64,000 nt of DNA from Geosiphon pyriformis uo1. Its lineage: Eukaryota; Fungi; Glomeromycota. The stretch's first letter is position 1; each line of letters opens with the position of its first letter. The notes below the pieces were generated by a model. That model was given only the letters and a program-made list of their open reading frames with translations. It searched no databases and was not told where the DNA came from. Of the stretch, positions 1 to 13,069 are shown piece after piece. Made by a program: the position numbers and the translations under genes. The stretch covers positions 85,526-149,525 of the forward strand of contig JAAOMT010000495.1 in assembly GCA_016748015.1 (NCBI GenBank), given 5' to 3'.

Positions 1-297
1 AATTACACATTCCCCAACAGCAGCATTAAAACCATCTGCGACCTTAGTCCAGGCAGCTTTAATCTGACCATATGAAGCAGTGAAAGGCAGGTGAAGTTGG
101 ATCTCCTTGAGCAAGATAATATTTTTTCCAGGATTCCAACGATATTGTTTCTTACGTTGTTTTTTAGGTGGGTTAACTTCAGAGACCTCTAAAAATAAAA
201 ACACCATGAAATAATATATAAATGAATGAATTTTGGCAAAGGCTTTCTACGTACCATCAGCATCTGAGTTAGGACGAAGTTGATAAGATTTTCGCAT
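1..297 (-). CDS. Myb/SANT-like DNA-binding protein, 5' part (runs off the window); possibly the accessory gene of a PIF/Harbinger-type transposon
   Basis: ATG at 297, exon 297-255, intron GTACGT...TTTTAG, exon 188-<1. Spliced: MRKSYQLRPNSDADEVSEVNPPKKQRKKQYRWNPGKNIILLKEIQLHLPFTASYGQIKAAWTKVADGFNAAVGEC; the W..LL.E...PF...G...AW..VA pattern resembles Myb/SANT-like domains. Confidence 0.55.
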
Positions 298-1444
298 AAT
301 AATAATAGATGGACATGCAGCTTATAAGTAGATAATGCAGTTGCAACAGTTTGGCAGAAGGGTATATGTGCGGCGGATGAAGTGAATGATGTGTGGCAAA
401 TGGAGTGAATGTGACAGCAGTTATTTGCGACGTGACAGGTAGTAGATAGTATAGTGAATGCTTATTCACTAACAATAAAAATGGTCCACAGTCTTAAAAT
501 AGGTTCGAGAATATCTCTCTTAGGTTTGGACATATTGTAAGACATACTTTGTCAGCTTTTGGGCTACAGATTGCAAAAAATTAGATAACAAAAATCTCTT
601 ACTTGTAGAGGAGATCTACAAAGAATTCCGGTTTTAAATTTCTTTGTACAAGCCACAAATTTGTAAAGAAAATCATTGTAGCGCAAACTCTCTATTAACA
701 TAAAAATTAATATGTGCTTTTATGTAAATATTAAAACTGTATTTATTTTATATAATATTAAAAATATGTACAAAGAAAATATTAATTCAATAAATTTCCT
801 TAATAATTAAAACGGTAAAAATTCGAAGATACTTTAGAATTTCATTATTTACCATGTTTATACAATATTTTATTAATAATAACAGACTCAAGGTAGTAAT
901 ATCTGCTCTTGAGCTTCATGACAACAGTTGCTTTACATGAAGGCCAGGCAAACAAAGTCAAGGGCGCAAACGATGGCAGGAAAGCGAAAACGCCTGGAGG
1001 CAAGGCAAACAATAAAGCTTAAATGCTGAGATACGTCGAAATGTGTAAAGGGCGTAAGTACGAAAGCCTACTCTGAAGAAAACGTGCCAATTCTCAAGGG
1101 ATTGCAAACTTGAGCTATTTAGAGGTATCCAGTCGAATGACTATATTTGGCTAAACGCTTTCACGTATCGTGAGTTCAAATCAAGCAATTCAATTTTCGC
1201 CAATGATGTGAACACAAACTCGGGTCAATTTTAACAAGCATGAAAAAGCAGGGGCTAAGCGAGACAGGGGCCGTACAGAGAATAGCACGTTGATATAATG
1301 TAGTCGAAAGCGGCTCATGAAAACCAGCAAGAATTTAAATAAGTCACATTCAAGTGATCAAATAAATTCCGCCAAATTTCAAGTGAATCCATAAGTGATC
1401 TTGCTTTGCGATAACTCTAGTGTTTTAACGATTATCAAAGTAGA

Positions 1445-1899
1445 CCATACCCAAACATAACATCAGGGACTCGGTCTTTTTATATCAGACCTGTGTTGGG
1501 ACTTTACTCTACTCACCATCACCCAAATTTGAACTTCACCTTCCAAACATTTTGGTTTTATATGACTGGCCACTTACCCACTTTTTTAATTCCATCACTT
1601 ACCCACAGGTGAAAAAGATGGCTATTTGTTCAAATAAAGAACGAAGAAAGAATAGAAATAGAAATTTACCCAAATTTACCTAGTTTTTTTTACCTATGAT
1701 TGCGGTTAATGCCAGTGTTACAGTAAAAACGCAGATTTCGCCTGTCCTATTTCTTGATAAGGGGAAGCATCAGCCATAAAAAAAGGCAATTGCTTTTGCA
1801 AAGGGATACAAACCGTGTCCCACCGTGATAAAGATATTGTCGAAGCGTCCAAGAAATGGATTCCAAAGAATGCTTCTCAAGGTCAATAAAGACTTACCC
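1445..1899 (-). promoter_or_regulatory. Cluster of 5' splice-site-like (U1 snRNA-complementary) motifs downstream of the U1-70K stop codon
   Basis: Sense-strand GG/GTAAGT at 1899-1892, 1604-1597 and 1579-1572; TG/GTGAGT at 1517-1511; G/GTAAAT at 1681-1674 and 1671-1664; AG/GTAAA at 1695-1689; GG/GTATGG at 1452-1445. Confidence 0.55.
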
Positions 1900-1946
1900 C
1901 AATGAAACTCAAAGATTGAAATAACTAAAATCTTAAAGATTTACTT

Positions 1947-3449
1947 TCAACGACGCTCTCGTCTTCTATCCCGGTCCCTACCTTTGGAACCATACCTATC
2001 TTCCTTGGGAGGACTTCGGGAACGACTGCGATTGCCTCGGCGTCTAGTGTAGTCACGATCATACCCGCTACTATGTCGCCCACCACCACTAGCAGCAGCA
2101 GCAGCAGCATTACCACCGCCACCACTACCACCACCACCACCACTACCACTACCACCATACCTTCCACTGCTACTACCACCACTACCGCTATACCCACCAT
2201 GACCATGTCCCCCACCAACTGCCCGAGAATATCCTCCACGATAATCCCGATCATACCCATTGGAGGTAGGAGTAGTGCTATGCATTACATAAGAACCTTC
2301 ACGCCCGGAATATTTTTGATTTTGATCTGGACCTCCAATTCGAGTTCCACCAAGTCCACCACCTGGGGTTGATTATAATGTTTAGTTATTTTTTTGATTT
2401 AAATCCTCAACTATCAAAAGAAAGAATATAACATTACCTAAACGACGTGGTCTCCAACCTTTTACCGTTCGCCCACGTTCCACATCAACTAATATACGAC
2501 GACCTAATAGCTTGACTCCATCAGCATCCTTATACGCGGCTAATGAATTAATGTAGATAATAAGAGATATTGGGGGAAAGTACATTAGAAGTTTAAACAG
2601 TACTTTTGATTCTTTTGACACAGAAATAAATTGGATGAACTACCTTTCATATCCTTTTCCCTTTCAAATTCAACGAAAGCGTAGCCTCGAGGCTGTCCAG
2701 TGCTTTTATCTTTCACGATTCTTATCTGAAACAATAACCATGATGATGAAATTCAATCTTTCAATTTTCAACATCCCGCAAAACAATTATTTGTCAAATA
2801 GGTACTTACATTTTCAATTGGGCCATACATTTCAAATTCTCTGCGTAAGTCTTTTTCTGTCATTTCATAACTCTGTTTTGTAGAGAACTAAAATAAAGAT
2901 TGGGCCCAAAAAGAATGGTAAAAGCTTCAATACTAAAATCTTTCATACCATTCTAGCAACAAATAGAGTTTTGTAAGGATCCCCTGTGACATTTTCATCC
3001 TTGTTTGGATCCCCTTTATTACCGCGGAGTGAAAATCAATATAAAAATCAGGATAACATCGATTTAATGAAAGAAAAAGGTAGGGCTGAAAAAAATTGCA
3101 AACATACATTGTTCTAGGCCTGTTCGGATCGCTTCCTCAGCCTTTTGTTTCTTCTCTTCAAACTGGAAGTTTAATCAAAAATAATAATGCTGTCTCAAAC
3201 TTGGGACTTGAAAAGATGAAACATAAAAGACATTGTAACATGTCTTACCTTTCGTTTCTTTTTTTCTTCAACTGTTTCAGTGGGCACATAGTCAGGGTCA
3301 TAGTTTGCTAAAAGCTCAAAATATTGCCCTATCCCTGTGATTTGTGGTCCTTTTCTTTTAGATGGATCTCGGTCCAAAGGCTTTGTATACGGAAGTGGTG
3401 GCCGGGGTGCAAAAAGCGCTAGTAAGTTAGGTGGCAATTTGTCGGTCAT
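1947..3449 (-). CDS. SNRNP70: U1 snRNP 70 kDa protein, 7 exons
   Basis: N-terminus [21 protein letters not shown]; [22 protein letters not shown]; RRM with RNP1 RGYAFVEF; [29 protein letters not shown]; Gly/RS/RD-rich tail ending RRRERR-TGA at 1947. The exons join in frame via GT-AG introns (first three: 3449-3249, 3162-3108, 3013-2949). Confidence 0.97.
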
Positions 3450-6400
3450 TTTCTATATATCGTTAAACCAAGGTTAATACCCATTTTCAAGTCAAAATTT
3501 ACTACTGTTGCTTTTCAGAATGCTTCGCAGCTTGCCTGAGGTTAAATTATTTCGAATTAAAACAAGTAATCTTAAAGTAAATTTCCTTTATTTTTATGGT
3601 AGTCTTGACTATTATCTATTACTTAGCAAGCCAGGTTTTCAGCCAAGCTTTTTCTGTCTTATCAGTAATAACAAGATATCATCAATTTGCTTAAACAATC
3701 CCTGTGACATATCATGTGATCATTTGGCGCTTTCAAATTAGGCAAAATATTATAAAAATGGTTTTCTAAATAATACAATCTTTAATTGTTTTCTTTTTTA
3801 ATTAATATTTTATTTAAACATTATTATAATCATTAAAATTTTTAATAATAAAACTAGTAACAAAACTATTACTTTTTTCAGTTATTCTTTTTCAAATAAC
3901 CAGAAAAAATAAGATAATTAAAAAACAATTATTATTATGTTTAATAAAATATAGTTTTTTTTAAATTTATATAAATTCTAATATAAATAATTAAAAAAAT
4001 GAATTATGTATTTTTAATATATAATAATAATAAAAATTTTTATATTTTTAAATTACAATTAATGCAAAGAGCTTAATAAAATATTTACAATTATTAAAAC
4101 TTAATAATATTTTATAAAAATATTTTAAATAAAATAATAATAAATCAGTCTTTTATTAATTTCAAAACATTATTTTTATTTTTAATTAAAAGTTTTTTCT
4201 CTTTTAAAGTTTTTATAAGAAGCAGTTTTAATATGGTTTCTGTTTTTTAAAAATTCTAAAATATTTAATAAAAATTTAATAACTAAATTTTTTTTGTTTT
4301 GTTTTTACTTTTATTTAAATAATCAAAAAAATCAAAATAACCAAGAAATAATTTTCTCAAATTTTTACAATATTAAATAACAACTTTTTTAAAATTCCAA
4401 AAGATTTTTTTTAATGTTTTTAATTTTATTGTTTTAAAATTTGTTTGTTTTTTTGGCTTTTTTATCAGTTTCGCATTATTAATATTAATTATAGTGTTTA
4501 ATTTTGTTATAATTATAAATAAAAAATATTTTAAATAATAATAATAAAAATATATTAATTAATTTTGATTATGTTATTTAATATATTAATTTTTAATTAA
4601 TTATTATTAATTTTAAAAGCAAAACAAGTTAAAAAACTTCTTTTTCCCTTATGTCTAAATTCCTTAAAGAGCAGTTTTTTTGACCAAGAAGTTTTTGTTT
4701 TTTATTTTATTTGTTTTATTACCTTCAATATTTTTCAAGCTAATAATCTTTTTGTAATAAACTTAGAAGCTGGTTCAAGTAACAATATATTTAAGAAAAA
4801 AGCTCTAAAAAGTGTTCTTTATAGTTCTGTTAACAGTACTTTTTTTCAAAAAAAAAAGATTTCTATTGACAATATTAAGCACTTTGACAATAAAAGGGAA
4901 ATTTTTTTGACCAAACCTGATGTTAATAATAGCATATATTCAGATATAGATTGTAAGTTTAATGACAATAAGCTTGGTAGTATTGCAATAGATTTAGATA
5001 GTAATTTTTTTTTTGGTTCGGCTGCAACAACTTCTAGAGCTAAGAGAGTCAATAATAGTTTAATCAGTAATTTTCTTATTAATACTATTGACTTTAGAAT
5101 AAATAAAAATATGAGATTTCTTCTCTTTCCTCTTAATATCTTTCTTGACAAAAGATGAGTTAATTCCAAAATAGTGATAACTCAAATTAAAATACTTGTT
5201 AAGAAATTTTTTGCTTTGGATATTAATTTTTCAGCTGTAGAAGAGAAATCAATGATAACAAAAACTCAGTTTGTTAGAAAAAATTTTTCAGTTGTCAATG
5301 GTTTTGGAGAGATCACTACTCTCTTAAAATTTGAAAAAATCATCAGATTGAAATTTACTTTAGAAAAAAGCATAAACAAAGCTGTGCTATTGGCTGAAAA
5401 GAAAAATATTAAAGTAAATAATGATCTCAAAAGACAAAAAATCAGATCAGATTGAACAGTAATTATCAAGAAAATTCTTATAAATATACCTAAAAAGATA
5501 ATTGTTACTATAGTATCTAAGTTTAGAAATATTAAGTCAGTTAAAATTTAGCTTATTAGAATGTGGCAAAAAGCTGTGATTGAATTTGCTGAATTAAGTC
5601 AGACTGAACAGTTGGCATCTAAATAGTCATTCCTGATTGGAAAAGACTTGCTACATGTGGCTATGGCCATGGGTAATTACAATACTTGGATGTTTAAAAA
5701 TCAGTTTAAGGCATTTTTGTTTATTTTGTTTGTGGAAATAACAGTTTATAATCTAAGCACTTTATTGAAAAGAGCTGGTAGACAAACTTGCATCATCAAT
5801 TATTTACTTAAAACTGGCAATTAGATTTATTGTGCTGTATTTGGTTTTGAGTCTAATAAGAAATTGGAGTCTGTGTTTTATATGAAGCTAATTCTTGGTA
5901 GTGTTAAACTATCTTGAACTAGGATGAATTTGGTTTATTATAAGAAATGTGAGTATTTTGGTCATTCTGCTTTGGAGTGTGATACATTAATTGCATCCAC
6001 TTATAAGCCTTTGCAAATATTTAAAAAAGTTGCTTCAAAAAAGCATCATTTTCAGTTAACAAAGTTGTATGCAAAAAAAAGTGTTCCTATTTTCTGTTCT
6101 GTTGTCTTTGGTGGCAAATTTTGGGTACAAGTGGTCTTATTTGTTTCTTCTGATGGTCTTTTTTTTGGTTCTGGTTTTGGTTCCTTTTTATCTGGTGTCT
6201 TGGATGTGGATGGTAATTTTTTCTTCATTTCTACTAATAATTTATCTTTAGATGCTTGATTGGTTTTTTTGGAATGCTCTTTGAAGCTCTTAACAGATTA
6301 GGTTTCTGACATAGTATGAAAACTCAGCAACATAAAATTGATGCCTCTGGCTTTCCTCTCTTCATTTCATGACTTGACTACCTTAATGGCTGCTAATTTG

Positions 6401-9400
6401 GATTCAAGTTTAGATATGATTTTAGATAGGCCTAAGTTAATATCTCTATCTTTCTCTCTTGTTACCTCTGATGTTTCAGCTTTAAGTCCAAGTAGTTCAA
6501 AAGTTTTGACTACCAATATGAACAGTTTGGAGTCAAAGTTGGTGGCTTTTGAGACCTCTGTTAGTTTAGTTTTAGCAAAGTTAAATCTGTTGTGTGTTGG
6601 CTCAGTTTTTTCTGCAAACACTTCTCATCAATAAGTAATTTGGTCTGAAAAATAGCTATGTGCAATGTGTAAAGTATCAATGTCCTTACTAAGCAAAAAA
6701 ATATTGTTCAGTAGCATATAAACTCTGATAACATAATTTCTATTGTTATTAAAAAAAAATTAAGGTCTAACATTAGGCCATAGATTACAAATAAGTTTGA
6801 AAGAGTTTGGATTTTTACTTCTGATTTGGATATGGGTTTTTTTAGTGCTGGTATAGCTATAATCATGGACAGTTCTTTGGCTCAGCATGTTTTGAAGATG
6901 AATAAGATTTTGAGTCAGTTAATTTTAATATGTTTTTTGTTTAAGAACAAGCTTTTGGTTATAATTTTAGGTTTATATGCTGGCATATCTGTTAGTACAT
7001 GGTTTGATCAAGTCTTGGGCATTAATTTGGTTATCTCTAAGACAGTTTGTTCTAGCTCTTTTATTATTTTAGGTGACAACTTTAATGAAAATAATACTAG
7101 AAAAAGTACAAGTTTCAGGAAGTGCTTAGATTTGGGTCTTATAAATTTACTTAGAAAATATTTTTTAATCAGATCTTTTATTTGGAATAATTTCAGAAGA
7201 GCTAAAAAAATCATTGATTATATTTTTGTCAGTAAAAATTTGCTATTAACAGTTATAACATGTAAGGTTAATATCATATCTGATTTTTTTGATATAGATC
7301 ATAAGGCAGTATTAGTTTTAGTAGGATTGAAAGGTCTCTTGGATGCATACTTAAATGGTGTTCAAAAACAGGCAAACAAGAATTGTTGGAAGTTTAATAT
7401 TAAAGGAGCAAATATTACCAAATGAGTCTGTTTCAAGGATTGTGTATTATCTAAACTGTTGATAATAGAGAATAAGTTTGTGGATGCAAAGGCTTATGGC
7501 AATTTTGATGCCATATGGAATGAAGTAAAAGAGACAATGATGGTTTCAGCAGACACTGTTTTTTCTAAGTGTTGGTTCAGTAAGTTTGAAAAAGTGGGCA
7601 GTTCTCTAAATTTCTTGGATTGGAATTGCTGGTTGTAAAGATTGTAAAGGCATTAAGTGTGGACAACAAGTCTAAGTATGATTATCTTCTTAAGAAATGG
7701 TCTAGGATTGATAGCAAAGAAGCTTTTAAGATCGATTTTATAATACAGAATGGTGCTAGTTCAATAAAAGCTATTAAACATTTGTCAATAATCAAAAAAA
7801 AGTATAAGAAGTCCAAGTATTACAAATCTAGAGTCATCCAAGATGTGGCCATTAAGAAGACAATCAAAAAATAGATGGAAAATTTCAGTTCTAACAAGAA
7901 AAGCATGATTAAGAACATTTTAAATTGGTTTTTTTACAAAGTAATTTTGAATTATTTGGTAATTGGGGAAAAATTGGTGTTGGAATTAAAGGAGATAAAA
8001 TGCAGAGTTAATGCTATTATAGTAGAATGGACAAGAAAACATAAGGTGTTTTTGGTTCTGCCCAATATATAGTCTCAACAATATGTATTATTGGATTATG
8101 TTAAAAAGAATATTTTTGGTAGAATTATAAATGATATCAGTATATATAAATTGAGTATAATAATTAAGAAACTGCCTGACAGCAAAGCAGCTGGTATATT
8201 TGACATATCTAATGAGTTATGAAAACACAATGGTAATAAGATGATGAATTGTTTGCTAATTTTGTTGAACTCTTGTCTGACTTTAGGCAAGATTTCAATT
8301 CTGTAGAAGAGGGTGTGAGTATTAATGATTCCCAAACTATATGACTAAAAAAACATTTTGATGAATATATGACTTATTGCTTTCATTGAAACAACTAAAA
8401 AAGTATTCTTTAAGATTTTGTCCAATCATATTTTATCTTTTTGTGCTAGAAACAATGTTCTTTAAGGTAACAACTTTTTGGTCTTAAAGAAGACTTTAAC
8501 TCAATCTCCAGTGTTTGTGGTTAGTTTGATAGTGGAGGATGCTTTAGAAAAGAGTAGAGAGATCTGACTGGTCTTGCAAGATATGCATAAGGCTTATAAT
8601 TTAGTTAAATAAAAACATTTAGAAATAAACTTAAAGCATATCAGGATAAGTGACAGGTTTATTAAGTTTTTTGAAAACATACATGCAGACAGAATCAACA
8701 GAGTGATAACTAATTTTGGTCTCTCAGATGAATACAAAATGCTAAATAGACTGAATTAGAGTGAAATCTTTTTACTGCTCTTGTAAAAAATCTTTTATAA
8801 CTCTTTGTTATGTAAAGTTAAGAGGCAGTAAAATTTATGCAAATATAAAATTAATACAAATTTTTTTTAAAAACAGATAAAATAAAAATGAATAGAAGTA
8901 AATCTTCTTTTTTTGCAGCTGGAGCATTTGTAAATAATACAATTTGGATGGAGAATGACCAGGTTTTAACACAACATATTTTGAACATTGCTAATAAGTT
9001 TTTTAAGATTAATGATATCTTTATCAATAATGATAAAACTGTGGCAATTCCTATTAATTAGAGGATCAGGGATGCTTTTTTACATATCAGTGGTCAGCCT
9101 ATCCTTATTGTTAAGCATAATAAGTTTTATAGGTATTTGAATATTTTTCTGTTAATGGAAGGCTTGTCTAAACCCAGTTTTGCTAAAGCATATTTAAATG
9201 TCAGGTTTTTTTCCAACTTGGTTTTTAAGAAGATATTGTCAGACAAACAATTTTTATATTTGGTCTCTTCAGTTTTGCAGCCCATTGTCAATTACCAAAC
9301 ACAATTCAGTTTCATATCTAAGAGTATATACTAAAAATAAGATGTTATATTAAAAAAAAAGCTTAAGTCAAAAGCCAATCTACTGAGGAACTTTTCTAAT

Positions 9401-10022
9401 AAAGCTTTGCACCACTCTTCTCTTTATAGGCTAAAGACATTTAAGCAGATATAGGCAAAAGGGAAGACTGTTTTATTGGTTTAGTTTTTTAATATGTTTG
9501 AAATTCTTGGCAAGTTGTTTGAGCATCAGTTTTTAAATTTGCAAATTTTGGGATGGATTCTGATGAACTCTTTGCAATATCCTGTCAAATTAAGAATTAA
9601 TTCAGTGAACAATTTCTTGGCAGGTGTGATAAAAATTTTTTTGGATAACAGAATATTTTTGTCTAATGCCTTGCTCTGTATATATCATGATGTTAAATAC
9701 TTTTCTATGTCAATAATCCTGGAAATTCTCTCTATTATGATGTTGTTTCCTCTTTAAAATGATTTAGTGTTGTTTTTGATAACAGATTGTTGGATAGAAA
9801 TGGTTTGGTAATAAACTAAAAAACTTTTCACTATTAAAAACAGTTGTATTCTAGAGATCTAATACTTTTGTGGTTTAAAAAAACTTCAGCTTACATGAAT
9901 AATTATTGTAATAGACCTGATGGAATTGCTCTTAGCTTTGTTTGTTCAGATTTTCTTTGTTCAAATAGTTTTTTAGACATTTGAAAGTGTTTACTTAAAT
10001 TTTGGATTGATGTTTTTACTAT

Positions 10023-10884
10023 TATTACAGTTCAAGAATTTAATAGGAATTATAAATAATATAAATTAACCAATCATAAAATAGCACAACAACAATTTAT
10101 AAAAAAAAATAATTTACAAATAACAGCAAGCACTATTTTACAATAGCAGCAAATACTATTGTGTAATAGCAGCAAGCACTATTTTACAATAACAGCAAGC
10201 ACTATCATGCAAAAGCAACAAGCACTATTTCACAATAGCAGCAAGCACTATTTAGAAATAACAAAAATAGAGTATTACAAGATATTATTTTGTAAAACAA
10301 TAATTATATATATATACAATAGTTTTTAATAATGAAGAATAAAACAGCTTCAATTCAAGTAACAAATATCTAAATAAAATTTTATTCAAAAAAAGAATTA
10401 ATAAAAATAATAAATTGAATAAACATCACAATTATGAGATTAACAATAGAATTTACATACTTTCTTTAGCAAATAAAACTATTATTCTATCTTTGAACCC
10501 TTTGGAAAAATAATCTCTGATCAAAATTATTCATGTGATTACTAATTAAATTGAAAAAGCTTTATTATATACTTAGAGAAATCGTAAAAAAGCCATTAAT
10601 ATTCCATGTTTCTAGATTAGAGAAACACATCAGACAATTGCAAGGATAGCCTCAGAAAAGACTCCAAACAGTGAGTAGATTTCAGATTAGCTCTGGAAAA
10701 GAATACACAACATATAAAAACAACTAGAATTAAAGAGAAGACTTATATCACAACATCAAGAAAAAACTTTCAGTACATTATCATTAATATCCAATACATA
10801 AAATTAAGGAACTCACAAGAGACTGATTGCAATTAAAATGAGATATCAACAATTAAAATATACCAAGAAAACACTTTTGTAATA
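10023..10884 (+). mobile_element. Solo LTR (about 860 bp) of the Ty3/gypsy family at 40711-47904, inserted in LINE copy A
   Basis: Termini TATTACA...TGTAATA (decayed TGTTACA...TGTAACA); 4-bp TSD CTAT/CTGT; removal restores LINE codons TTT ACT GTT TAT ACT (F-T-V-Y-T); 10608-10884 aligns to the LTR at 47627-47904. Confidence 0.9.
10118..10255 (+). repeat. About six tandem copies of a 23-bp unit AATAGCAGCAAGCACTATTTTAC in the LTR 5' (U3) region
   Basis: Directly visible; a GC-richer homologous array is at 40810-40887 in the younger LTR. Confidence 0.8.
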
Positions 10885-13069
10885 CTGTTTATACTAATAG
10901 TTCATTAAAGCAATTGGGAACTACAGAAGTTGCTGGAAGAGTAATAGCATACTTTTCTAATGTTAAAAGAGGTGTGGGTGTTAGGATACAAGGATTGTTA
11001 TCTTCTACTATGATAAAACTTTAGGCAATTGCTTTGGCATTGAAATGTGTACCCTTATCTTGCTCAGTGGTTGTCTGTTCAGACAGTCAAATAGCCCTAA
11101 ATTCATATGCTTTAGAACTCGAATTACTTCTACTAGACTTTTAAAATAAGTGCTAAATAAAAAGACATTATATAATCAATTTAGTTAAGGCTAAGAATAT
11201 TTTGGTCAAGTAGATGAAAGTCAAAGGGCATTTAAGAAATATGAGCAATAACAGAACTGATGCTATTACAAGTGAAATGATACACTCAGGTTTTATTTTT
11301 ATTGTAGGAATTAGTGAAAAGTTTGTTATAACTAATGGTCAGGTTGTTTTAAGAAATACTTATCACTTTGTTCAAAACATTTATTAAGCTGTTTGTTATG
11401 TTCAATGAGAAGCTGGTCCTGGTGTAAGGACATTGAAAGAGTTAATAATTAGAAAAATTGATTGGGCTGGCACTGCTACAGTCTGGCATTCTAATTCACA
11501 TATGCTTTTGAGATTCACAAACAAGACTTTAGTCACTTTTTGTATATACTTAATGAAAGCAGTTCACAAAAAATTGCTGATTGCTGTTAGAAAAAAACTC
11601 TATAACAAAGATTATTCTAGAATGTTATTCTTGATATGTGAGAATGTTAAATTCTTTGATCACATTTTTACTTATTCAAGAGAGATAGTAGTGTATTCTG
11701 AAATCTTGTTGGATTATATTAAGTTGTAAAAATCTTTGGTAGTTGGTTGCTTGCTATTATTATCTTTAGTAATATGTACTCTTTTTTCTATAATGTTAAA
11801 TATTGGTATGTATATGAATTTGTGTAAAGACTTCATGCTAAAGAAATAGGTAAGAGAAGCATCTTTATACTTTGGTAATAGGAAGGAAGCTATATCAGTA
11901 GTGGTTAATTTTACTTGTCATCTAGTAAAAAGGCATCAAAATAAGTTATAATTATTTAGAGCAAAGTACAAAGTGAACATAAAAAAAGCTGGCCTAATCA
12001 GTGATATGGAGAAGATCTCTGGTTTTCTTGATGTAAGGTTTGGTTATTTGTTGATAGAAGTTATTTATTTGTTAAGTATTAATAAGGCATTTGCTATGAG
12101 TTTTGGAATACATAAGATCTGTTTTTTTTTTTCTGGTATTTATGATAATATAAAAATATAGTGAATACATAGTGTTGCCTTAATTGGTCTAAGTAGCTGG
12201 TTACATGTAGTAAATATATAAGCTATATTTGGTCAAATTTACTTAGTCTGTCTCTGTATTTTAGATAATGGTTGAATTGCACTTATTAAATCAAATTAAA
12301 AAAAAAATTTTTTTTACTTTTAAATTTTTTTATTATTTTTTGAAAAAAATAACAATTAAAATATTTATAAAACTAATCTTGTATATTAAATTTATATTAA
12401 TTTAATTTGCTTATTAAAATTTAAATTACTTTTTTAATTATTTTTATTATTATATAATATTATTTTTTGCTATTTGTTAATATATTATATTTAATTATTA
12501 TAATATAAAATTAGTTAAAACTAATTTTATAATAATATTTAAAAAGTTTGTTTTTTAAAATAATAAGATAGATAATTTTTATAATAAATATATTATTTTA
12601 ATATTAAAAAAATATAAATTATTAATTAAAAAAACAAATCTTATATTATATAAAAACAAAAAAATTCTTAATAATTTATAAATTAAAAGTTTTTTTTTAA
12701 ATATTAATTTATTAATAATAATAATAAATTTTAAACTTTTTTTACAAAATTATAAATTGGTTAATTAAAAACATAATATTATTGTATTATTATAAATAAT
12801 AATTGGGTTTTATTTATAATAAATATAAAAAAATATTATTATTAATTAAATTAAATATAAAATACAAAAAAAATTTGTTATAAAAATATTAAAATAATAA
12901 TAATAATTTAATAAAAATTTTTTATACAGTAAACTCTCTTTATAATTACACTTTTTGGTCAGCATATTTGTGGTAACTATAAAGAGATAGAACTATAAAA
13001 AATGATTAATATCTTATCACATAATCTATATATTACATGCATAATATAATAATCAATTATATATATTTT

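Larger units (their letters stand above)
4620..12307 (+). mobile_element. Full-length degenerate LINE (ORF1 with RRM-like regions and CCHC; ORF2 APE-RT-RNaseH-Zn), copy A
   Basis: Colinear with the younger copy at 39935-53941: CEYFGHSALEC knuckle, APE remnants (GDNFNE, IIDYIF, DIDH), RT block (NNFLVLKK..TQSPVF, AGAFVNN from FVDD), RNaseH remnant, shared 3'UTR and poly(A) near 12300; many TGG/CAA-derived stops. Confidence 0.92.

Noticed and set aside
1925-2372. Poly-Val ORF (1925-2260) and poly-Thr ORF (2073-2372)
   Set aside because: Alternate-frame and antisense shadows of the GGT/AGT-rich U1-70K tail
10118-10255. CRISPR-like periodic repeat
   Set aside because: No unique spacers and no cas genes; it is a tandem array within an LTR
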